A stretch of 62,926 nucleotides of DNA, counting the filler, from Sluysia triapertura (taxonomy: Eukaryota), in the NCBI GenBank assembly GCA_046118255.1. It is 5 parts of 5 records of this genome, joined end to end, with 100 filler letters (N's around TTAATTAATTAA, not from the genome) between each part and the next. Parts side by side here need not be neighbours in the genome. Positions count along the whole stretch, not along the records: positions 50,302 to 62,926 come from JBJNIA010094006.1; 4 more parts are not named here. One strand, 5' to 3'. The position numbers were made by a program, and so were the translations under genes. Of this stretch, positions 52,915 through 62,926 are shown in pieces (position 1 is the stretch's first letter; each line of letters opens with the position of its first letter). The notes under the pieces are model-generated. The model had not been told where the DNA came from. It searched no databases and saw only the letters and a program-made list of their open reading frames with translations.

Positions 52915-54783
52915 AATAAGCATATAAAATATTTAAATCGAAATAAAATAATGAGAGATACGAAGAAACAATCCTGTAAAAGGTTTTATTTGTTAAAATA
53001 CATTTGTAAAAGTGCATTTGTTAATTAACTTAATTAAAATTTATTTAATTTAATAGCTCGATAGAAATGTTTGCTCATAATATAAAGATGTTAAATTTAG
53101 TATATAACGTTGAGTTTTATTATTGGTTTTAATGATGAAGTATTGCGAAACGCGTCAACGTGGATAACGTAAAAATTAATTATTTTAATTAATTTTGTAA
53201 TTTAAAATTAAAGACTAAATATGTTTCAATGTCGAAGTATTAATTAAATACATCAAATTGATGCTTACAAGCATACTAATTCAAATATATTATTCAACTT
53301 GACGTGCGACGTACGGTTGACGCACAACGTATTGATTCAAAATACTCCTGTGAGAAATGGATTTAATATTTTATAAATTTTTATCTCAGATTAAGTTGAC
53401 AAATTGCGTTCTTGGTACAATAGCAATATAACAATGATTTTAAATTTTAATTAGGTGAAATTAATAAGATAAGGGGATTACTGCCGAAATTCAATCAGTA
53501 AAATTAGTCACCTTATTGCCGACTAAAAGAGAATAGACGGCTTTAATTTCCGTCTTGTTCAGTTCTTCATTTTAATTTTCTACAGAAACATAAAACTTCT
53601 ATATAAGCAGTTACTTATTGCATAAAATTAGAAGTAAAAAATCGACAGAGATAAGAATTAGAGTGAAATATCAAAGCTTTCTAGTTGAGGGACGCTGCCT
53701 TGATACGTCTGTGGTTAACGGTGATATCAGGGCTTATTCTTTAGTAATTGATCAATATAAACATTTTGAGTTAGAGGACCTAGGGTTAGTGATTTATTTT
53801 GTATTGAGTATATTTTGCATTAATTATTTATTTTTGAAGAATAATTTGCGTCGTTATAGAGAGAGTAATTTGCAATATTGTTATAAAGAATAATTTGTAT
53901 TTTGTTATAAAGAGTACTTTGTATTGCCGTTGACATAAAGAATAATTTATATCTTTTAATTGTAATTTTGTGATTATTCAAAGAATATATCGAGATTCTG
54001 AATTTGTTTAGTTATTAGTTTTGATTAATAATTTGTAAAATAAAAAAGCATAAGACACAACAAAGTTATCAAATTAAACAAATTTTAATTAAATTAAATA
54101 AATGTACTTTAATACTTTCACGAATAAAACCTTGTAAAGGTTTATTTCTTTGTAATTTTCATTCTTCTGTTTTTATTCAAATATTTTATACACTTATTTT
54201 ATTATTACAATTCATCATAATACTTTATCGTAATTTCTCAATGAAGTTTATTTTATTCACTTATCCTGAGTCATAACCCTTATGTTTCTTCCTATTCTTA
54301 TCTAATCCAAACATTATCAATGAACTAAAATTCATAACGGTATGCGAAATAAATGACTTTTTACTAAACCTTATAGACACATTACATGATACTTATTTTG
54401 ATATGAAAATTAAAATTAAAAATTAAGTGATAATGAGGTTTTAATTTCTATTTACCGTTCAGTCATCCTTGAAGACAATGACGTTTTGGAAAATGAAAAT
54501 GTAGAAAGTGTTTCGGCGTTAATACTTGTTTTAAACAACTCCTCAGCGTTTACGACCCACTTACAATGTTTTCATCGTACCCTACCAAAGTTGTTAATAA
54601 TAAAAACTTATTTTTAAAATGTTTTATTTACTCACTCTTGTTTTAATATTTAACACTTTATAGTATTACTAAACTTTTTTATTTATATATTCTTATATGG
54701 AATTTATGTTATATTAATACATAGTAATGTAATTTATTAAAATATTTTTTTGAAAATATTTACTTAAGACTACATTTCATTTA

Positions 54784-55113
54784 ATGGAACTTGAAAAAAA
54801 ATTATGTTCTACAGAAGCAGAAAACGCTGTTTTGGAAATTGGGTTTGGTGTTAAAGAAGTATGCCTGAGTCAAAAATTTAAACAGTTAGATCACGAAGGC
54901 TTTATAAATGTAACAACATTTGAAGATGAAGTTTATTGTATACAAATAACCCCGGAAGGTTTCAAGGTTGTTTCTCATTCATATGATTCCAAATGTGATG
55001 ATACAGCTAATAATGAAAAATTTTATGAAACTATTCATTCTCTAATGAGTGTGAAAAGTGATTTATATCGAGTTAGATTTACTGAAGAACTCTGTAAGAG
55101 ATTGCTTGAGTGA
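54784..55113 (+). CDS. GSKIP: GSK3-beta interaction protein (GSKIP/DUF727 domain), 109 aa, intronless CDS
   Basis: EAENAVLEIGFGV...FINVTTFEDEVYCIQITPEGFKVV...YETIHSLMSVKSDLYRVRFTEELCKRL aligns along its length with GSKIP (EAEAVVNDVLFAV...[24 protein letters not shown]...[27 protein letters not shown]). The C-terminal F-x3-L-x3-L GSK3-binding helix is retained. Confidence 0.95.
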   Translation: MELEKKLCSTEAENAVLEIGFGVKEVCLSQKFKQLDHEGFINVTTFEDEVYCIQITPEGFKVVSHSYDSKCDDTANNEKFYETIHSLMSVKSDLYRVRFTEELCKRLLE

Positions 55114-55599
55114 CTAAATATGATTACATTGCATTTTTCTTTACATTCTATGTGTTTTATGTTTTAAAATACTTCGTTTACATGCCAGTTTTTGTAATGA
55201 ATTTTGGTGGCATAGCTATCAGAAAAGCTATGTATTTTTATTGATTATTTGGTTAAATTCTTTACATGATCTTTATTTTTCTCTTATATTGACCAAAGTA
55301 AAATTTTTGTTGGTTTTATTTATTTAAATTTAAGTTCAGTAACAAATTAAGTATGATAACTGTCTTTGTATTTTATGATAAATGAAAGTTGAAAATAGTG
55401 TTGAGTTTACGTTAAAATTTTGAGTTAAATTAATAAATTAAATATATTATATAGAATAATAAGCGAAGTACTTTATTTGTGCTTTCACTATCTTTATATT
55501 AATTCACGTTTTTCTTCAATAAGTTTTTTAGTGTAATGAGCGAAATGAAATTTGTGCATTACATGTTATATGCGATTATCAAAAGGATAAGTATAAATT

Positions 55600-57500
55600 A
55601 TTGTTCAATTAAACTATTTCAGAACAGCCCTTTTGTAAGAAACCTGATCTAAATACCAAAGACAAATTTAAAGTACTAAATATTACAAAAATTAAAATGG
55701 GAACATAGCTTAATACTTTCACAAGATGAGAGATATTTCGGAATAAATATATTCAATAAGTGGTAAACATCGTTATGAAAAAAGCTGGAACTATGATTTT
55801 GAATGTCACAACAAAAAACGTGGATCGAACTGCTAACGTGAAGTGAAAACTAACATTAAGAATATTGAATAATGCAAATTCTAATGTGATGTTAAGAAAA
55901 GGAACAAACATTGGATTACATTTATGGAGTTAGTTGAAAATTGATGAAGTTAGCAAACAAATTGAGATTATGAAACAATGATGCAATGCATTGCAATTTT
56001 TCCAATAATTATGTTGAAGAATTCCGATTTTGTGCAACTTATAGAAAAAATTGTTTCCATTACCATAAATTGATGAAACATCACATAAATGTAATAATTC
56101 TAGTTTCTTTAAATATACAAGTTGTTGACAGGAGTTAATTTAAGATTGCATTTGTCACACCATGAATCATTTAAATTTAATGTTCTTTTGGGATTCACAG
56201 GAAGTCCAGCAATTTTTCAGAGGTTGATATGCCACATGTATAATCTTATTCATTTTCCTTTGAAGAACATAAAGAATATGAATTGAAATTACAGTGTTAA
56301 CAATTAAACCCAGTTAATGCGAATAAAGAAAAAAGAAAAGTTACCCTTTTGGGTCATATTGTATTAAAACAAGGCAGATGCAAGAAATGTAGAAAAAATA
56401 AAACATTTATAACATTTAATAATTACAGAGATTTTTAGAATTAGTTGGGTATTATAGTCGAAATTTCATAGGACGGGAATACAACGGTGAGCATTTGAAA
56501 AATTAAAAGAACAACTAATGAATTTTTCTACTTTAAGGATTGATTTTCACTAATGCTAGTGGATATACCATAGGTGACACAGTAAATCAAAAAGAAGCAG
56601 ATAAAACTAAAGATCATGATATATAAATCGAACATTAAAAAACAATTTCATCATTGTATTTGTTCTCGGATAATATATCCTTTCAGTGGTTAAAGTCCCA
56701 TAAAGATACTTCATCATAATTAATATAGAAATCAAATGTTGACAAGGAAAAGCAGTCTTTATAATTAAACTCACTCAATTACTGAAGAATTAAGTAATTG
56801 TTGAAAACGAAAAAAGAAAAACAATCACTATGATATATATGACGATATCCTGAAGTACAAATTACGAACAACCTTACAAGAAGTTCTGAAAGAGAAACAT
56901 AACGATGTGATTGGTGGTCACTTATCACCGAAAAGGCCCTCTCAACCATTATGCAGAAATATTTCTGGAAAAGTTCAAAAGAAGATGTTTAAAACAGTGC
57001 TTAGTTTGTGCACGGAGGAAAGGTAAGAAATTTGCAGATCCCATAGCAGCTTTGAATATTTTAGAACTTTTACCAGAAACTACAAAGGCAATAAATATAT
57101 TTTAGTATTTTCTGATTATTTCACAAGATGAACTGAAACTAAAGGCATTCCTGACCAGAGAGGTAGGACTATCTAAATTTCTTATTGAAGAAATTATTTT
57201 TCGCCACGGAGCTTCGAATTAGTAAACGTTATACTTCTGTTTACCACCTGAAACTGAAGGATTAGTATTAAGGTTTAATGGAACATTAACTCATATGTTA
57301 ACATCATTTATAAATGATCATCAAGATAATTTTAATAAATATATAGGTAATGCCTATAGGAATGTAATTTGAGGAGAAATTAGGAAAACGCATTTTTATC
57401 TTATGCGTCTGGGTTAATCGAACATACGAATTGATTTAATGAAAATACCGAACATATGGATAAAAATAATTTGTAATAAGTGAAGAAAATATTAAAAGAA
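55600..57500 (+). mobile_element. Heavily decayed Ty3/Gypsy LTR retrotransposon pol (RT-RNaseH-integrase)
   Basis: In order: FPLP*IDE, KIAFVTP, FNVLLGFTGSPAIFQRL, LGHI, FLELVGYY, TNASGYTIG, H..VIGGHL, QCLVCARRKG, LPET..GNKYILVFSDYFTR*TE, FLIEEIIFRHGA, TSVYH..TEGLVLRFNGTLTHML. Confidence 0.92.
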
Positions 57501-57741
57501 GTTTGCTGAAAGCTAAAGTAAGTGCCACATTTAAACAATAATCTTATAAGAAATTTTACGATGGGAAATTAAAACTAGAATCACATAAAAAAGTGATTTT
57601 ATATACACCACTACATAAACTAAAAATCGCATAAATCCTATGATAGTTCTTATCTGATACAAGATGCAACTGTGTGGGTTTATGAAATATTATATATTAC
57701 TTTTGTCGAAAAATTTAATTATTAAATTTAAATTAAAATGC

Positions 57742-58773
57742 TTAACAATTATTATAACAAAAACATGGACAACAATTAAAACATCTATTATATAAATTAT
57801 ATTTTTCATCGTTATTTGAATATGCTATTGAATTGAACCTACAATTTTTCCTAAATAAAATAAAATATATAAAATTATGATCATAAGCAAAAATCATAGT
57901 AAAAAGTTTTTTTATCTTAAAATTGTAATACATCAATGAATTAAGATTTTTGTGAATTCGTTGGTCTTCCATAGGCATTAGATACTTGTTGATTGAATTC
58001 TCCTCGTGTGATGAAAATATAAGGTTGGACACTAAATTCTTAATGTGTTGATAGTGGTTACCCATATTCGGTATATAAAAATTTGGTGTTTTTAGCTCGA
58101 ACAGACTATGTGCATAATTACAGTTTCTTCCGAATTTAATATATTCCTCTCTTTCTGTTGTACAATAACTACATAAAGCTGTCTTCTGGCATGTTGAATA
58201 CAAATTTTGTTTGCCGTCGTTGTTTTGTGTACATTGTTGATGTTGATCAAGACGATTTCCAGTATTGAGAAAATTTATGACATGTTCGTTTACCATAAAA
58301 TTATGAGGCCTCATGAATAGATATTTGATGGATAGATAAAGTATATACACTTCTTGCAATGCCAACTAACATAGGACGATGCCATATCATTACATATAGT
58401 TTTATAATACATATAATCAATAGGTTTATTTATGCATTTAGAACTTGTAAAACGAGGAGACATTGATAGTAAATTACATATAACAAACTTTATCTTTAAT
58501 ACCAAAATGGGAATAAACACGAACAGATACCTTAAGTAATCTTAATTTTAGTTTATTAATCGAGCATATTTCACATTTCTTGTATTCTATATTTCCTTTT
58601 GGATACTCTGAAGGTAATTCTGATAGTAATATCGAGCAGCTCATAAAATGTGATTTAGTAACCGATTTATTTAAACTAGACGAATGAGAGACTACATTGT
58701 TGAATTTCCTTTGAAACCCATTATTATCAAAAGTTTCATCATCGTTTCCAAATAAACATAATAAATCTGCCAT
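57742..58773 (-). pseudogene. Decayed tandem CCCH zinc-finger (TIS11/ZFP36-like fingers) gene with N-terminal CxxC motif
   Basis: Three overlapping frameshifted ORFs. Finger 1 YYKTICND...CKKCIYFIYP; finger 2 KTALCSY.....E(C>Y)IKFGRNCNYAHSLFEL; N-terminal KKCEIC. Confidence 0.75.
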
Positions 58774-59009
58774 AAGAAATTTTTTAAATTTTGATGATAA
58801 ATATAGTGTATGTTTTATACGAAAAGAGATTTAAAAGTTGATATAAATTTTTTGACACTTTATATTTTGCTAAAATTAATCATTAAATTATCTAACAAAA
58901 ATCATATTATTAAAAGCATCAAATGATATCTCTTTTATATTTCTAATTTTAAGTATCTAATAAGATTACTATTGATTTTTACCAAATACACTCAGCACGA
59001 TATAAGTGA

Positions 59010-59938
59010 TTTGTGATTGGATGTCCAGTAAAATGTGAAATAAAATATACATTGATGATATGGAACTGATTGGACATCCAATCAAATAAAAGAAAAATTA
59101 ATTGATAGTTATGTTTCAACAATGTGTATTTGTATCGTCACTGACAGTACAGACGTCGTCAGCAACAATCAATGTGTAATGAAACAATTAATAGTAATAG
59201 TTTAATCATGAAGGTAATGATAGAGAATAATAAAAATAGTGATACGAACAGTAACAATAGTTATATCAGATTAATTTAAATTAATTTATAACAATGATAA
59301 TACTAAAATTAAAATTACTTTTTTCCGCATAATCTTTCTACTATAAATCTTTTTATTATTATTCTATTATTATTTCTCATATTAATAATAGAAAAATAAA
59401 ACATAAATTCCTTCTTATTATCTTTACAAGATCTGTCTTTTGTAATTCTTGTTTTTCAAAATATTAAAATTCTTTACTTAATGCCTTGACATAAAATAAA
59501 AATCGAACATAAATCTTATCGAAGTTTTATAAATAAACTTTTCTTTACATATAAAACTTTTGCTTATAAGTGTAAATATTTGCTATCTAAGATGTAAATT
59601 GAGATTCTAATGTTATGAAATAAGGAATAAAAATGTTTTAAATGAATTTTAAGGTATATTGATGGTTTAAGGGTGTAAATTGTGGTTTGAATTGTGAAAG
59701 CTTGTGAATTAAAATGTTTTGAATAAGATGTAATGTGTATTAATGGTTTTGAAATGAGACCAGTTTTAGTGGATCTGAAAGAAATAAAAAATAAAAAGGT
59801 TTTAAAAGTATAATAGGTAAAGTGTTATAGAATGTGGTTTTGTGTGTGATGTTAATTTAAATTTGAAATGTTGTGAAGAGTGATTTTATTACGTCAAGAT
59901 AAAATAAAATTTGTTAAAGTAATAGGTTGGCCACCACT
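59010..59938 (+). repeat. Module B copy 4 with inverted CCAAT pair
   Basis: tgattggatgtcca (59014-59027) and tggacatccaatca (59070-59083) form a perfect 14-bp inverted repeat. tttacaagatct block, GT-skewed tract, terminus aggttggccaccact. Confidence 0.7.
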
Positions 59939-61010
59939 AACTGATCCAAAACACAATACGCCTGCTGTTACAGTTTATAGAAAAAGACGTAAAAAGTTTT
60001 ATTTTCCGCCAAAAATACAATTTCCGAGTAAAGATGAAAACAATGCAGATAAAAATGAATTTCATAAATGTAGTACACTCGTGACTGCAGCATCGTTCAT
60101 ATTTATTTGCTTGTAAAACCTAAAACTCTCGCAAAATCTTTTTCTCCATAAATGCATTTCATTTTGAACCTAATATCAAAAATATCTTCCAACAAAAACG
60201 AACACATTAACACATATTTTCCATCAGTAGCCATATTTCATAATCTTCAACACCAATAACTATAAAATAATAATATTCATCAATTTGTTAGCTAATTTGT
60301 CCACTCATTGTTCAATAATCTGTAGCTAATAAAGACAAAAAATTTTGCCAATATTAGTCAATATTGACTTACATCTCCATGCGTCAAAATTATAATTATA
60401 AATGCATTTCAAATACCATAGAGTTGGTATCGATGAGTTGTTAACCTCATCTGTATCCAATAATTCTTTTAATCCAATCTTCAGGGCGCTATAGCAACCA
60501 AAATTATGATAATAATAATAATGATTTCAATTAGGCATAATGTTTGGATTGCCAGACTGATAAATAAAAAATTTATCCTTGTATTGTCGGAAAAGAATCA
60601 TGAAAGTAAAAACACATATAATGATGTTAACAGCTAAAGAATACCTTGGCATTGTTGCGTCTTTAATAATGGTACTTAATAATAATAGCAAATTTATATC
60701 GGTTAACAAAACTTCAATAATTAATCATTAAATCCAATATAAAATTATCACAAATTTCCTTATTTCGATGATATTATTTATTCAATCCAAAGATTAAGTT
60801 TTTTAAAATAAAATAAACAACAACAACAATGATTGTAAAAAAATCAAATACCAATTACTGTTATAAGTATTTAATAAACAACAATAAAATGACTAAAACT
60901 ACAGGATTAACGATAACGTTTATAATAATGTCAAGTATATGACAGTCTATATGAAGAAACAAACACTAAAAATATCAATATCCAGAAAGTTTAATATAGC
61001 TATGATGCTT

Positions 61011-61232
61011 AAATATTTTAAAAATAAATTGGGCAGTGTCTCTCACAAAGTTAACTTAAAATTGCTAAAAATAAAATGGTTGATTCAAAATATTTTAAAA
61101 ATAAATTGGACAGGGTGTCACTCACAAAGTTAACTTTGAAATGCCTACAAACCTAAATTTAATACTTTTTTAAAAATAAATTTTGTAGGGTGTTTCCCAC
61201 AGAACTACAAAATTTAAGAGTATTCCCACAAA
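61011..61232. repeat. Imperfect tandem repeat of about 77 bp, x3
   Basis: ttttaaaaataaatt...g(g)gtgt(c/t)..(t/c)(t/c)cacaaagttaactt repeated at about 61015, 61092 and 61167. Confidence 0.8.
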
Positions 61233-61899
61233 AATCAAATAAAATGATAATAATAATCAAAATAATAATCAAAAATAATAATATTCAAATAATAAAATAA
61301 AATATTTAATCCTTATCATAAGCATGGATCTTCTTAATGAGCCCTGTCTTCTTGTTGTGTGATTGTGTAATTGTGTTGTAAAAGTTTTTAAAATTTTCAT
61401 TTTATACTCTTTTACTATCAAATCAATCCAAAATCTCACAATCAAACGCTCTTTCACACATATCATCAAGACTTCTTTGAGAATTAAACCGATAATAATA
61501 ACTTTGACAATTACATGGTACTTCATTAGACAGTTATATGTCAAACTTCATTAGAAACTTTATTTATTATCAACAATCACTTTCTTTTACTCTACTCAAT
61601 CTATTTTTACTTAAATTACTTCTCATATTAAAATAACAATCAACAATACTGTTAACATACATAAAAATAATGAATTTAATTTCACTTTTTTAAATTTAAT
61701 TGATTTTCGATATTCACACCCAATTTTCTAATGAAATAAGTTTTAACGTTCTTATTCTCAAACGAACCATTTTTCAGACATTTCGAATTCACTTATAGAT
61801 TCTCCTCTTTCAGAGTAATCATCTCATATTCCGTTCAACGTATATGCATCACTCTAAGTATTGAAAATTCAACATAACAACGTCACATTGACGCTTTAA

Positions 61900-62720
61900 A
61901 ATTATTTAAAATCATTAATAAAACTAATTAAAATCACATAAAATGCTTTAAATCTATTTAAAATTCTTTAAAATCACTTAAAAAATAATAATTTTCCAAA
62001 AAAGAAAATAAAATTTTGAAAAAATTGGATTCTAAAAATAAAATAGAAGCTTCTAGAATGTTCTAGAACATTCCACCGATTTTCATTGTATGATGACTAG
62101 TATACGAAATCGCTATTTTGTAAAACACTATATTGCAATTTCAATTTGCAAAAGTAATAATTGTTACATTGAAATTCCGAGAACACTCGTTTCAAAATTA
62201 GTATAAGGAAAATCTCATTCGTGCATTCAAAGATTTTTTTGGAAATTCTGTCAATTCCATGTCAATAGTAAGTTATTTTTATAAGGAGATATTAATCTTG
62301 ATCAATAAGACTAAAATATACTAAAATTGTAAACTTCAAAAGAAACAATAAGGTTTTCCAGATATATTGAGGGATAAAATACAAATGTAAGTTCATTTTT
62401 ATCATAAGTTAAAGACAGTTTTAACTTAAACAATTATAATTTAATGGATTTTTATTTCTTTTTCATAATCTTCGTAATTTTATATCTTTCTTTGTTTGTT
62501 GAACTTATTAATTAATATAGTTAATTGTTAGTTTTATTCGTTAAATTAACGTTGTATTTATAAATTGATTGTAATATTTAAGGTTGTAAAATTAGATTTA
62601 AGACATCATTAAAACATTAGATTTAATTTATCTAGTCGAAGAAACGCCAACTACATGTTGGAAGACGTTTACTGTAACCGAATCCCGAAAAAGAATGTAA
62701 GGCCGTTTTTGATTCTAGTT
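61900..62720 (-). repeat. Family A copy 4
   Basis: tagaagcttctagaatgttctagaacattccaccgattttcatt, tccatgtcaa.agtaa and acgccaac...gttg.aagacgtttactgtaac are shared with copy 2. Confidence 0.9.
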
Positions 62721-62846
62721 TAATGAGAAATAAAGTGTAGGGAAATAACTTATATAGTCTTAATCCTATAAAATCTGTGGCGAGTTAATTGTTTTCTTTA
62801 ACACTGGTTTCAGATCCTTTTAAAAACAGGATCATCAATAAAGCTT

Positions 62847-62926
62847 CACAGCATTCCTCATTCAAAAGTTATTCACACAAACGTAATTTTCCTTAATTAA
62901 GTTAATTAAGATTTTAATTAATTAAT
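62847..62926 (+). repeat. Direct repeat of window positions 83-161
   Basis: agcattcc.cattcaaaagttattcaca.aa.cgta..ttt.cttaattaagt.aattaagattt at both places. Confidence 0.9.

Noticed and set aside
83-62926. Whole window as one element bounded by direct repeats
   Set aside because: It contains ordinary host genes and four artificial joins; a dispersed repeat explains the match.

Overview
Very AT-rich, repeat-dense eukaryotic (invertebrate metazoan) scaffold with six assembly gaps, four of them holding an artificial TTAATTAATTAA linker. Recognisable host genes: a 9-exon eIF4G (2104-11733, +) that opens with four 22-27 nt micro-exons and has an eIF4E-binding YxxxxL-phi motif and a MIF4G domain but no visible MA3/W2 exons; an intronless GSKIP (54784-55113, +); and partial multi-exon genes at about 30.7-31.8 kb (-) and 39.7-40.1 kb (+). 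Decayed transposons: a cecropia/Hsmar1-type mariner inside an eIF4G intron, a Buster/Charlie hAT transposase, a Ty3/Gypsy pol and an L2/CR1-like fragment. The most unusual signal is a dispersed module seen at least four times: a (T/A)GTGGTG(G/A)CCAA terminus, an AC-skewed tract, an AAT-rich tract and a CCAAT-containing promoter-like block. Each copy is followed by different decayed coding cargo (C3HC4 RING, tandem CCCH zinc fingers, orphan ORFs), and a related module carries an atlastin C-terminal fragment. This suggests an uncharacterised family of large gene-carrying mobile elements (inference). A second dispersed repeat carries a conserved cluster of palindromes. All calls were made by eye; no database searches were run.
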